From positions 288,001 to 352,000 of the forward strand of contig OZ245003.1 in assembly GCA_965223425.1 (NCBI GenBank): DNA of 64,000 nt, written 5' to 3'. This DNA is from Nitrosopumilus sp. GTDB lineage: Archaea > Thermoproteota > Nitrososphaeria > Nitrososphaerales > Nitrosopumilaceae. The notes under the pieces are model-generated. The model ran no database searches, had not been told where the DNA came from, and saw only the letters and a program-made list of their open reading frames with translations. This document shows positions 21,104-32,136 of this stretch, one piece after another (position 1 is the stretch's first letter; each line of letters starts with the position of its first letter). The position numbers and the translations under genes were made by a program.

Positions 21104-21982
21104 GTGGGGTATAGAGATAAGGCTAAAAAATGGCTTTCAGAGCATCCATACCTATATGCAATCTACGCCCAAAACAAGTTTCGGGGATTTACCTCACATT
21201 TGAGGGGGTTGCCAGATTTTGTCATTATCGGTGCAATGAAATCTGGAACTACTTCGCTATACGATTTTGTTGTCAGACACCCTGCCATAGAACCAGCTTT
21301 GAGAAAAGAATTGCACTATTTTTCTCTATTTCATCACCGTGGCGAACTTTGGTACCGTTCTAATTTTCCAACCAATCGAACAAAGAATTCTTTTACAAAA
21401 AAAACGGGCCAGAGACTCCTTAGTGGAGAAGCCACCGTGGATTATCTTTTTTACCCAGAAGTTCCTGCCAGAATGCGGAAGATTTTGCCAGATGTGAAAC
21501 TGATCGTGATTTTACGAAATCCTATTGATCGCGCATACTCCCACTACCACCACAATATATCGAGAAAAAATAATGAACTGTTATCGTTTGAGAAAGCCAT
21601 CGAGTTGGAAGAAAAACGGTGGTTGAAAGAGAGAATGGCTAATCAAGGACTCGAAGTTTTTACCCAACACTATCATCATAACTCGTATCTTGCCAGAGGC
21701 ATTTACGCTGATCAGCTGGAAAATTGGTTTAATCATTACCCTCGTGAACAGTTTTTGATCTTGACCACGCAAGATTTTCGTAAAAACCCTCACCGTACAC
21801 TAAATCAGATTTTTGAGTTTCTGGAGGTTTCTCCCTTTCATGTAGACAACCTGAAGGATCTCAATGTCAAAGATTACGAGGAGATGAACACGGATACGCG
21901 TTACCATCTTATTGAATACTTCAGGCCACACAATGAGAGATTGTTCAAACTCCTGCAGCGTGATTTTGATTGGAATAAGTAA
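21104..21982 (+). CDS. PAPS-dependent sulfotransferase (heparan-sulfate O-sulfotransferase-like), copy 1
   Basis: PDFVIIGAMKSGTTSLY (5'-PSB), KELHYF, LRNPIDRAYSHY (3'-PB), RGIY; start reassigned to GTG 21104. Confidence 0.92.
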   Translation: MGYRDKAKKWLSEHPYLYAIYAQNKFRGFTSHLRGLPDFVIIGAMKSGTTSLYDFVVRHPAIEPALRKELHYFSLFHHRGELWYRSNFPTNRTKNSFTKKTGQRLLSGEATVDYLFYPEVPARMRKILPDVKLIVILRNPIDRAYSHYHHNISRKNNELLSFEKAIELEEKRWLKERMANQGLEVFTQHYHHNSYLARGIYADQLENWFNHYPREQFLILTTQDFRKNPHRTLNQIFEFLEVSPFHVDNLKDLNVKDYEEMNTDTRYHLIEYFRPHNERLFKLLQRDFDWNK

Positions 21983-22230
21983 ATCACTTAACAGATTCGC
22001 CTGTTAAGTTATCGAGGGGCAGCCTTGGGCGTTAACCGGTGGGAGGTACCGTTACTTGGTTGTCAGACAAATCTTGACTTCGCGACTGACTTGTGGCCTT
22101 CCTTGAACTCCGTCATGCTTATGCCGATCTTGTCCAAGAGGCTTTCAGCAAATTCATAGCTCATCTCGCTATGCTTGAACACCGTGAACAGCTTGACAGA
22201 ATCATTGGATACCACTATCATGTCATGCAC

Positions 22231-22326
22231 TCTAGAGTGACGATTAGTGAAAAAATTACCTCACAGTAGGATTTTCTACAGCACAGCCTTTCCAGGGGCG
22301 AAAATTTCAATGAGCGTCACTCTAGA
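22231..22326. mobile_element. ~96-bp MITE
   Basis: Terminal IR tctagagtgacg / cgtcactctaga, extending imperfectly (attagtgaaa / tttcaatgag). Confidence 0.7.
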
Positions 22327-22513
22327 CCTACTGATCTTTGATACCCGTATGCTTGTGTACTGAGTACTTGAATTGTATGGATAGGATCGATCTATACGTT
22401 GTGATTGAGCCTTAGCATAAACAGGACAATTTCAGATGTACATGCCGATCATACAAGTTTCCCAGACGAATCTGAGGCGTAACCATTTTTATGTATATTG
22501 CGAGATCTAGACA

Positions 22514-23380
22514 GTGTTGTCGGAAAACTATAGGTGGAATGCATTTCTTGTAGTCCGAAACGAGCAGGATCACATACAAGACGTGATTAACTCAATAAAA
22601 GCTCAAGATCCCCTCCCGCCTTCACGTATACTTGTCATCAATGATGAATCTACAGACAACACAAAGAATATACTTGACTCTATAACGGACATTGAAGTTA
22701 CTCACTACAGCCCTCTCCCCCCCCACACACGCGATCAGATGTTTAGACGAGTTAGTAAACTGCGAGGTAATCTTTTCAAAGAAGCAATCAACGACGCAGA
22801 CTATGTAGTCTGTGTAGATGGCGACACGGTAATCCCCAATCAATACATCAGCGAAATCACAAAAAGAATGCGTCGTGATGGGATAGTTATAGCATGTGGG
22901 CAAGATCCAAACAACAAACTAACTTTGGTTGCAGAATCTCCAGTAGTAGTTGATGTCCAGTGGCTAAAAAAATTCCAATGCCCTACAAGAACAGATAGAA
23001 TGAACGGATCAATCCTTGGCATACATGCCTCCCTTACAGGATTTGGATCTGCCGTTTACACTGACATACATATAGAATACAAACGAAAGGTGGGTGCCAA
23101 CTACAATAAATTGCAGGTCAGACAACATGGGAAAGCGTTTAAACGAGATGGGTTCTCACTCTGGTACGTATTCCTCCTAGCAGTAAAGCGACGCAGGCCA
23201 CACTACATCAGTGGGTATCTGTTCTCCAAGGTTGAAGGTAGGGATCACGAGATAGCCTCATGGAACAAGAGGTACCAAATGGAGAGTGTGTTTGGGAGGC
23301 TGGGTATGAAATGCTCGCTACTAAGGAAGACCGACACTGCCATTTACGTAGAGCCGGCAAAGGCATCTGTGGAATTCTAA
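22514..23380 (+). CDS. glycosyltransferase family 2 (paralog group 2)
   Basis: RNEQDHI, INDESTDNT, DYVVCVDGD. Confidence 0.88.
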   Translation: MLSENYRWNAFLVVRNEQDHIQDVINSIKAQDPLPPSRILVINDESTDNTKNILDSITDIEVTHYSPLPPHTRDQMFRRVSKLRGNLFKEAINDADYVVCVDGDTVIPNQYISEITKRMRRDGIVIACGQDPNNKLTLVAESPVVVDVQWLKKFQCPTRTDRMNGSILGIHASLTGFGSAVYTDIHIEYKRKVGANYNKLQVRQHGKAFKRDGFSLWYVFLLAVKRRRPHYISGYLFSKVEGRDHEIASWNKRYQMESVFGRLGMKCSLLRKTDTAIYVEPAKASVEF

Positions 23381-24562
23381 AAGTAGTTCACCCCCTGCTA
23401 CTTGGTTTCATATTACTCCCCTGTCTGCTTGATGCCAGATCTTCGTCCCTCAATATACGGTGAACCTGCTACTTGGTTTCATATTCCTCCCCTGTCTGCT
23501 CATCTACGACTATCTCCCCCTTTGGCGGCATCTTGCGCACAAAGGCCTGTGCAGGTGTTTCCCTCTGCTTTCTGTTCAGTGACATGTGGGGCCTGCGGTT
23601 GTTGTACCAGTCCATGAGCAGGTCCACCGGATCGCTTTTGCGCATCATAATTGCCACAAACTCCGGAAGCTTCCGCTGTATTTCGCCGTGCAGGCGCTCC
23701 AGCTTTCCATTGGTTTGCGGGTGTCCTACTCCTGCAAGAATCTGTTTTATTCCAAGCTCGACTAGCCTTTTTTCAAACCTGCTTGCGCCCCCCTTGCCTT
23801 GACCTCCTTTTCGTTTGCATAAAACTGCGAGCCGTGATCCGTCATGACTGCCGCAGGCTTGCCGTGGTTCCTTATGGCCTGATCCAGCACCCTGAGTGCG
23901 TTTTCTGTCGTGGCATTATCAAACATGCCATACCCTGTCACGAACCTGGAGGCGTCGTCCTCGTAGCACAGGAACCACCTGCCGTCATCAAGCAGCTTGT
24001 AGTCAGTATGCCACAGGGAGTTTGAGTAGGTGCGCTCGTAGCGAACCCATCTTCGCTTTTTGCCCTTCCTTGACTCCTCTGATGCCATGTCTTCGTCCCT
24101 CAATATACGGTGAATGGTGTTGTGGGGGATATTTATTCCGGTCTGATCCCTGACTGCATCCTGTATGTTTGCAGCACCCAGGTGCTCCTGACACCGTACG
24201 GCAAGGACTGCAGAATGCTCCCTGCGTCCTGGCATGCTGTTTTTGGGCCTTCCCATGTGTGCAGGATGCGATATGTCCTGTATCGTGTGGTTTCTGTGCC
24301 TGGCCCACAGCTTCTGGACCCACCGTACTGACACTTTCATGGATTGGGCTATCTGGGTGTTGGCAAGCTGGCCCTTTCTCTTTTCTTGCACTATCCATGT
24401 ACCTGTGATTTCTTTAGTTTCATGTTGTTGGGGTGTTCCAAACTTGTGTATCTTCCTAGCCTTTTCTTCCAGACCCACACACCCTTGTTTCCTGTGACAG
24501 TAAGGTCGATGCGCCTGTTCTTTATCGACCTTACATACTCGGAGAAGGGGTGAACTACTTTT
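23379..24562 (-). mobile_element. IS481-like element, transposase split at a C-run near 23790
   Basis: IR aaaagtagttcacccc / ggggtgaactactttt; WHTDYK, TDHGSQF, then PQTNGKLER...YNNRRPHMSL in the next frame. Confidence 0.9.
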
Positions 24563-24827
24563 TGTATAAGACAATGTGACCCGTTGGGCCCGAGAGTTGG
24601 AGTGACATTACCCCGCATGAGGATGAGTACAATACTAACAACCGCAAGCGGACGGCTAAATACCGCGCAGACGGTGAATAGAAGTTATGTGTAGTTGAGG
24701 TCAAAAAGATCCGCTCATTTTCCAAGAGCGGCGCACCGGTGACAAACGTGTGGCGCATCGGCTTCCTGTACCGTTGCGTGTGAGGTGAAATTTTCACTGA
24801 TCGTCAGTATAGACATAGCACACACGT

Positions 24828-26196
24828 CAGTAGTTCCCAGATGTAGATTTGTGCCCAGATGTAGGTTTATGCCCAGATGCCGGTGCGTTACCGCATAACT
24901 GCAATGCAAAGATCCAGATTAGGCTACGGCGTGCAATATGTCATGAAAGTCGAATTACATGACGAACTGATCGCACGCCAGTACAATATAACATCAAACC
25001 GGTTTAAAATCCTGCGCTCGTCGTTTCAAAAGCTTGGCATGCCAATGTCTGAGAGGCACAACGCCGTATACGGATGCAATGACATACTGGACGTGCTAAT
25101 CAAGGCGTCTGAGAGAAACACGTTTGTAGAATCCCTCGTACGGCACAACAGGCTTCAAGACACGGGTGCACGTACGCCTGATGCAGACCTGGTCATGTCT
25201 GCAGTCCGTGGCGTCAAACCGGCAGACGTGCAGGCCTGGTGTGCAAGGACGCTGGCACGCACGGTGCGGCACGCCCGCCATACAGGAATGCTGCAGGACA
25301 TCGACGCCATTGCAATAGACGTTACGGACATACCATACCATGGGGAGCAGCTGCAGGAGCATACAAGAAAGTCGCGTCCAAGGGCAGGAACATCCACGTT
25401 TCTCTCGTATGTCGCAGTGCACGGAGTCGGCAGGGACTCCTCGCAGATTGTCCTGGAATCGAAGCTACTACCGGCAAAGGAAAAACTGGCCGATTTTATA
25501 GCCAAAACACGCACGAAAATCCTCAGAGGGGGCGCACACTCAAAGACTGTGTTCCTGTACGACCGCGCCTTTTACAACGTTGACTGCATGACAGAGGCAG
25601 GAAAGGGCGGGTGCCGCTACATTATGCCTGTCATCATGAACTCCAAGATCAAGAGGATAGTCAAGATGTACAAGGACGGAAAGGCAAGCCAGGTATCGCA
25701 GCAGTCAATGACCAACAAAGACGGCGTAACTGTGACCTACAACCTTGTAATTGTCAAAAGAGACAGGAAGAAGAAGAAAAAGGGGGAGGGGGAAGAGGAG
25801 GGGGAGGAGCAATACATTGCGTTTGCAACAAACATTCCCATCAGGAGCGCCAGAGCCATGACAGGCATCATACCGGAGCAGTACCGCAAGAGATGGGGCA
25901 TCGAGACGGGGTTTCGCGTCATAAAGGAGATCATGGGCAGGACATGCAGCAACTCCCTGTCTGTGAGGCTGCTGATGTTTTACCTGCCGCTGCTGCTGTA
26001 CAACCTGTGGAGGATTGCCAGGTTCTGCCTTGATGCGGGAAAGAGGCACGGAAGAGCGTCTTCTGCGGGAAAAAAACTCACCATGGCGTTGTTTATCGTG
26101 TACATTACAAGCAGAAACGAGTTGTTTGTCAATGATCGAGGCAAGTAGAACCGATGCCAGTTGCGGTTGCGGTAAATCTACATCTGGGAACTACTG
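24828..26196 (+). mobile_element. ISH3/IS4-like element type A, intact transposase 24877-26148
   Basis: IR cagtagttcccagatgtagattt, 4-bp TSD acgt; AIDVT, YDRAFY, YRKRWGIETGFR; three cccagatg repeats in the left end. Confidence 0.92.
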
Positions 26197-26358
26197 ACGT
26201 AGACAAAATAGTGGAGATCTGCCGGATCATAACGACTGGGCAGTGGAATTACCGGCCAACCTCGGGATTCCAAAACTGAACCTAAATCATCTAGACGCTC
26301 ACAGCGAGACTAAGGACGCATCATGCTGCCCAAAAATGATAATGTTTTAGGATGCCAT

Positions 26359-27564
26359 TCACCCTACATGCCTGCCAAGGAAGTCAATTACTGATTCAAC
26401 GTGATACTCATGCGCCCCGTCGTGTGGGTAATAGTAAAAATTGTCGGATGCTTCGTGCATATCGTAGACGCTTTTCAGAAAGTCTCCCGTGTGGTTCGTG
26501 TTGGCCTCCCACCCGTAAATTCCCGCTTCGGCCCTTCCAAACGAAAGGTAAAGCGGCATTGGAGCCAAGGCCGCTATCTCGTCGGTGGTATCACAGCAGA
26601 GTAGTAGTCCCAACCCCGCAGAGGATATTGGACCGTTGGCCACACTTCCAAGGCGGCTTGCCAGTACGACCGCATCTACCACATCATGGTTTATTATGGC
26701 TTGTCGTGTGGCAATGCCGGCCCCCAAGGACAGTCCAACCACTGCAATCTCTGTGGCGCCCTCATCGTATACAATGTGTGCCAAGACTTGGGTCACCTCG
26801 TCTGTCTGGATGGTGTGTAGCTCGATTCCATATGCCTCAAGGTTATTGGCAAGTTTTTGTGCAGAGCATCTTGTCAGCATGTTCAGACTGGATTCATTGT
26901 CACATGCGCTCCCAACGTCAAGTTTGCGTTCCCCGTAGCCGTGGAGCTCTATGGTATACACATCATACCCTTCCATGACAAGGCGTTTTGCGATCTCATC
27001 CTGGTAATGGTATGCGGACAGTGCAGTCGGTTCCCCCAAAACGTCGCGTGCGCCCTGGTGGCCGCTTCCAGGTATCACAAGTATGGTGCCTTTTTTGTTT
27101 GCCTCACCTGCGGTCAAGACTGCAGCATCCATGGGGGGGGGGGTGGTCAGTTTGTAGAATATAATATCGTTCGGATAGGATGTTTGCATGGCAAACTTGC
27201 TGATGGTGTATCCGTCGCGCAGGTCACTCGATAACATGGTGTAGTTGTGGGGAACCTGATGTATTGTAGGCCGTGCTCTATACTCCTCTAAAACCGGGCC
27301 TTCCTTCCAGACATAAAAGTCATCGACTGTCGTCACGTGCTTGGAGTATGTGTATGGAAGTATGTCTATGCCGTCATAGTAATATTCCGGAAGAAACACC
27401 ACGTGATCAAGCATGGCAGGTTCCACAGTCGCATCCATGACTCGTCTCAGGATATACGAAGGATCTTTGTCAAACGCATAATATACAATGGAGACAGAAA
27501 ACAGTAGAATGCCCACCACCACAGCCAAAACACAAAAACCGACTTTGTATGTACTGCCATTCAT
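26359..27564 (-). CDS. membrane-anchored alpha/beta hydrolase (esterase/deacetylase-like), copy 1
   Basis: N-terminal TM helix, VIPGSG, HGYGER, GLSLG nucleophile elbow, HDGAHEYH. Confidence 0.82.
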   Translation of the reverse strand: MNGSTYKVGFCVLAVVVGILLFSVSIVYYAFDKDPSYILRRVMDATVEPAMLDHVVFLPEYYYDGIDILPYTYSKHVTTVDDFYVWKEGPVLEEYRARPTIHQVPHNYTMLSSDLRDGYTISKFAMQTSYPNDIIFYKLTTPPPMDAAVLTAGEANKKGTILVIPGSGHQGARDVLGEPTALSAYHYQDEIAKRLVMEGYDVYTIELHGYGERKLDVGSACDNESSLNMLTRCSAQKLANNLEAYGIELHTIQTDEVTQVLAHIVYDEGATEIAVVGLSLGAGIATRQAIINHDVVDAVVLASRLGSVANGPISSAGLGLLLCCDTTDEIAALAPMPLYLSFGRAEAGIYGWEANTNHTGDFLKSVYDMHEASDNFYYYPHDGAHEYHVESVIDFLGRHVG

Positions 27565-27725
27565 TTTTGTCTCTGTGGCATGGATAAGTGATTGTCAATA
27601 TACGTTACGCGGGGCTTGTTGTATGGATTCAGATCGCCTTCATTTCTAGGTGTGGTTTTGTAGGATGCTGCGCTTTTTCGTGCCTGCGTTGACACCCAAC
27701 CTGAGTCTGTACTGATCAAATACGC

Positions 27726-27821
27726 ACAAGTTTTATTGATTTCACGCACCAGGGTTCTGCACCGGTTGAAGGAATACTGGACTGGAAGGCAATTGGCAAG
27801 CTCGGCGTCAGATACGGGTAG
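27726..27821 (+). pseudogene. 3' remnant of a group-1 glycosyltransferase
   Basis: TSFIDFTHQGSAPVEGILDWKAIGKLGVRYG* aligns with FLDFIYQGSNPVKDILDWKKIGKLGTGYT* of 15141-16049. Confidence 0.75.
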
Positions 27822-27861
27822 ATAGTTTCGACAGTCCGGCTGAGTGTGGCGCACGTTCGTT

Positions 27862-28773
27862 TCATTCCTGTTCGCTTGTATCTTGACCTTTCCATACTCC
27901 ATAATCGTCGCGGTATTCCCTTGACTTGATCTTTTCTGGCATGATATAGTTTGCAAACTGGGTTCTCTGGGACATTCTTCTTTTTCTGAGTACCTTGTGC
28001 AACGCTATGTCGCGTTCCCATCGTTTCGTCCATTCGGTAAATTCGTTTTTCCTGCTGGTATCTTCTTTCAAATATCCACGAAGAAAGTGGAGATTTCTAA
28101 ACCTTGCCGACTGGTACAGCACGAAGACAAGGGAGTGTCCCAGCATTTTCCAATGTCTCCCCTTCAGCTCGTACCATTCCGTGTTGTGACGCGTACCAAT
28201 CTTTCTCATGTAGCAAATGCCGACGTCATAGTATACCGCAGTGCGCATTCCGGTGACCGAGGCACATACTATGACGTTCGATGCTGGAAGCTTCGCGCGG
28301 TATCTCCTTAGCCAGTTTGACTTGATTACCATGCCTGGTTCTACCAGCGTGTGCTGCGGGTCTGCTTTGTCAAACCCGTGCGCGGCCACCACGCCGTCGC
28401 GTTCCATACGCACTATTATTTCATGTACATATGATTCCTGTATGTGCGCGTCGCCATCCATGCAGAGTATGTAGTCTGCGTCATTTTCGGCACGTAGCAT
28501 CAGATGGTTTCGTTTGGCCCAAAACTCGGCGCCAAGCGACGGTTCATGTGGATCTACATGCTCCACGCAAAGCCCCCCGATGTCATCGATCACCGCCTTG
28601 GTATTGTCTGTGGATCCATCCTGCAACACGAATATCTTCCGAGGGGGATCCGGCTTTTGGTTTTTTATCGACTCGATCACCACTCGAATGTGCTTTTCTT
28701 CGTTCCTTGCCATCACAAAGGCATTCCACTTCAAATGTACGCCCCTCCCATCGACATAATTTTCCGCAGACAT
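27862..28773 (-). CDS. glycosyltransferase family 2 (paralog group 2)
   Basis: WNAFVMARNEEKHI, QDGSTDNT, DYILCMDGD; homologous to 22514-23380. Confidence 0.88.
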   Translation of the reverse strand: MSAENYVDGRGVHLKWNAFVMARNEEKHIRVVIESIKNQKPDPPRKIFVLQDGSTDNTKAVIDDIGGLCVEHVDPHEPSLGAEFWAKRNHLMLRAENDADYILCMDGDAHIQESYVHEIIVRMERDGVVAAHGFDKADPQHTLVEPGMVIKSNWLRRYRAKLPASNVIVCASVTGMRTAVYYDVGICYMRKIGTRHNTEWYELKGRHWKMLGHSLVFVLYQSARFRNLHFLRGYLKEDTSRKNEFTEWTKRWERDIALHKVLRKRRMSQRTQFANYIMPEKIKSREYRDDYGVWKGQDTSEQE

Positions 28774-29054
28774 GCTTTGTTATATAATCTTCTGGTGAAG
28801 ACCCGTACTTGGAAAAGTACCGACCTTCACGGCCTTCGAGAGCTGCACATGCGCGCATCGACCTTGAGGCCTTGGCCGTCATCACGTAAAATCAGCCACG
28901 GCGTGGATCGTTTTTGATCCTGCCCGTTAAATGTGCGGCGCGCGATTGCGTCTTGAACTTGGTAGTCTGCACGCGTGGCAGAACGGATCGTCGGTAGGGT
29001 TGCGAGGACCCTACCTTGTAGGTATACAGTACAAATAGCACTGCCTCGTTAACC

Positions 29055-30020
29055 TTGGCATTGGGATATTTTCGTGATAAGGCTAAAGAATGGCTTTATA
29101 GACATCCGCGGTTACACGCGTTCTACAGCCAAAACAAGTTCCGAATAATCACATCGTCCATGAGGGGGTTGCCAGACTTTGTTATAATCGGAGCGATGAA
29201 ATCTGGAACTACTTCGCTATACGATTTTGTTGTCAGACACCCTGCCATTACACCTGCTTCCAGAAAGGAGGTGCAGTATTTTTCCTTTTGGCATGATCTT
29301 GGCAAGCTCTGGTATCGTTCTAATTTTCCGACCGATCTGTCAAGGCGTCGCTTTTACAAAAAAACTGGTCAGAATCTCCTCAGTGGAGAAGCTAGCCCAG
29401 ACTATCTTTTTCACCCGGAGGTTCCAGGTAGGATGAAGGAGCTCCTGCCTGACGTGAAACTGATCGTTATTTTGCGCAACCCGGTTGATCGCGCATATTC
29501 ACACTACCACCACAGACTATCTAGGAAGATGTTAACGCAGTCGTTTGAGAAGATCCTCGGATTGGAGGCACATGACCAAACAGAGGAAACGGAGGATCAC
29601 GACTCCAGATTTCGCTTCCGGCATCTGCGGGACAGTTCGTACCCATCTCGGCAGGTGAGAGGAGAGGGGGGGGGGGGTAGCCTGCAAAGAGGCTCCAAAA
29701 TCCGGCATCTGCGGGACAGTTCGTACCTATCTCGGGGCATCTATGCCGATCAATTGGAACGCTGGTTCAAATACTACGACATAGAACAGTTTTTGATTTT
29801 GACCGTGGAGGACTTTCATGAAAATCCCCAGCAGACGCTAGATCAAGTTTTTGACTTCTTGGGGGTGACCCCATTTCGGGCAAAGAGCCTAAAGAATCTT
29901 AACGTCGGGAACTATAAGAAGATGAGCGAGGATGTGCGTAAGGTTCTCATCGAATATTATATGCCCTGCAACGCAAGGTTGTACAAACTATTGCAGCAAA
30001 GGTTTGATTGGGATAAGTAA
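29055..30020 (+). CDS. PAPS-dependent sulfotransferase, copy 2 (in-frame internal duplication)
   Basis: GAMKSGTTSLY, GEASPDY, LRNPVDRAYSHY; RHLRDSSY occurs twice. Confidence 0.92.
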   Translation: MALGYFRDKAKEWLYRHPRLHAFYSQNKFRIITSSMRGLPDFVIIGAMKSGTTSLYDFVVRHPAITPASRKEVQYFSFWHDLGKLWYRSNFPTDLSRRRFYKKTGQNLLSGEASPDYLFHPEVPGRMKELLPDVKLIVILRNPVDRAYSHYHHRLSRKMLTQSFEKILGLEAHDQTEETEDHDSRFRFRHLRDSSYPSRQVRGEGGGGSLQRGSKIRHLRDSSYLSRGIYADQLERWFKYYDIEQFLILTVEDFHENPQQTLDQVFDFLGVTPFRAKSLKNLNVGNYKKMSEDVRKVLIEYYMPCNARLYKLLQQRFDWDK

Positions 30021-30067
30021 TGGCGCCATGCAGGATTCGGCCCGTTGATCTTGCCCAAACATTATTA

Positions 30068-30333
30068 GAACTTGTGCGTATTTGATCAAAAAATAAGACG
30101 CGCGGCAACACGGGCTTTGCCACGTGTCAAATCCGCGTAGCATACATGCCCAAATACGGACCTGCAGACCATACGCCATGCCAAAGCACGACCAGGCCGC
30201 GCTGCTTGATAAGATCAGGGAGCTCGAGAAGACCAACCGCGAGTACAGGGAGGCCAACCGTTCCTTGGATGAGCGGGCCGGGGCGCGGCATGCCGTCCTA
30301 AACCGGAAGTTTTGGGCAAATGAGCATAATCTC
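30068..30333 (+). mobile_element. internally deleted non-autonomous IS (~266 bp); related left end at 31381-31410
   Basis: Imperfect 24-bp IR gaacttgtgcgtatttgatcaaaa / ttttgggcaaatgagcataatctc, TA on both sides; short coiled-coil ORF inside. Confidence 0.6.
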
Positions 30334-30455
30334 TAGTACACGCCGATCGTCTGTGCAGGCAGACTCTCAAAAGATCAACCCCGAACCACGAACGCAAGTG
30401 GTAGCCTCGGGTCTACGGGGATACAATACAAATAACACCTGCATGTCAATACGAC

Positions 30456-31355
30456 ATGGGATATTTCAGGAGTGTTGCGGGCAGGTGGCTTCGCCGACAT
30501 AAGCGTGTTCACGAGCACTACAGACGAAACGTGTTCCGGAGAATGACTGCACGTTGGAGGGTACTTCCTGATTTTGTCATCATTGGGGCACAAAAGTCCG
30601 GAACCACCTCGCTGTATAACTTTCTCATCAGACATCCAGCAATTGCTGCTGCCTCTGAAAAGGAGATCGAATATTTTTCCACACGACACAAACATGGTGA
30701 GTTGTGGTATCGTTCTAATTTTCCAATCAACATGTCAGGACATTGCTCTTTCAAAAAAAAAAAACAAACAAACAAACCGAAGCGCCTCACGGGAGAAGCC
30801 AGTCCGAAGTATCTTTTTTACCCCACGGTTCCAGACCGGATGAAGAGTCTTTTGCCGGATGTAAAACTGATTGCGATCCTGCGCAACCCCGTGGATCGCG
30901 CATATTCCCACTATCATCACTACGTGAGAGACAATATCGAGTCGCTGTCGTTTGAGGATGCCATCAGTACAGAGGAAGAACGGTGTGCTGGGGGGGGGGA
31001 GCAGTTGATCAAGGATCCGGATTCTGATCCCTGCCACTACAGACGCTATTCATATCTTGCCCGAGGTCGCTACGCCGAGCAGCTAGAAAACTGGTTCAGG
31101 TACTACGGCAGGGAGCAGTTTTTGATCCTGACCACAGAGGAATTTTACGAGGATCCACAACGGATTTTGGATCAAGCATCTGCTTTCTTGGGACTGCCCC
31201 CTCACCCATTTCAGGCAATGGGTCTAAGGAATCTCAACGTTGGAGACTACAAAGAGATGAGTGCCGATACGCGTAAATTCCTAGTCGAGTACTTCAAGTC
31301 TCACAACGAAAGGCTGGCCAAGCTGTTACGATGCAGTTTTGATTGGGACAGGTAA
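30456..31355 (+). CDS. PAPS-dependent sulfotransferase, copy 3
   Basis: GAQKSGTTSLY, GEASPKY, LRNPVDRAYSHY, RGRYAEQL. Confidence 0.92.
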   Translation: MGYFRSVAGRWLRRHKRVHEHYRRNVFRRMTARWRVLPDFVIIGAQKSGTTSLYNFLIRHPAIAAASEKEIEYFSTRHKHGELWYRSNFPINMSGHCSFKKKKQTNKPKRLTGEASPKYLFYPTVPDRMKSLLPDVKLIAILRNPVDRAYSHYHHYVRDNIESLSFEDAISTEEERCAGGGEQLIKDPDSDPCHYRRYSYLARGRYAEQLENWFRYYGREQFLILTTEEFYEDPQRILDQASAFLGLPPHPFQAMGLRNLNVGDYKEMSADTRKFLVEYFKSHNERLAKLLRCSFDWDR

Positions 31356-31437
31356 ATGAGCCAGCAACGTCACTGCAATAGATCTTGTGCGTATTTGATC
31401 AAAAAATAAGGTATGAGTTTAGGTAGCCACTATCCAT

Positions 31438-31536
31438 AGACCTTATGCGTAATCGATCAAACTAATATTGCTAGATGATTCTTGTCTTAGCAAACCAATT
31501 TGATTTTGAATTTTTAGTCGATTGCGCATAAGGTCT
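31438..31536. mobile_element. 99-bp MITE with ISL2-like ends
   Basis: IR agaccttatgcgtaatcga / tcgattgcgcataaggtct; 3-bp TSD CAT. Confidence 0.85.
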
Positions 31537-32136
31537 CATGTACCATCTTTATAAGAATTCCCAACATTTTTCATCCTGACAGGTACGGCACAAGCTAGAA
31601 TTATTTCCAGACCGCAAAGGCCCAAGACAGCAAAGAAGCAAACAGTTATCCATCCGAGGCAACCACGGAGGCAATCCCTCAGCATCATTCTCCATTCTTT
31701 TATCAGGCTATAATGCAATTACAAGGCGAGGCATACAAACTACTACTGGGTCTGTCCCTCAACGAGTTCATCGCAATTGACATCCTGACTGTAATTTGTA
31801 ACAAACGCCCTTCTCTCCTTGAGCATCCGGTAAATGACTCGCAGCAGCTTTGAGGCAGCTGCTGCTACTACTGATGCCCGTCCCTTGCCTCTCTTCTTTG
31901 CAAGCCTCTTGTAGAATATCAAAATGTCAGACTCGGGTGCATACCTTACATGTGACAAAACACACTCTGTCAGAACCTGTCCTGTGGCGTACCGTGTTGT
32001 GCCGATAATTCACCAGATCCCTGTTGTTCATGTTCTGCAATGAGGGTACGTGACATGATATTGTGTATCCTCTCCTGTGCATGTCTGCCAGAATTCTGGC
32101 ATCTGCCTTGCCAGTCTTCTTTTTGGACTCTGCTAT

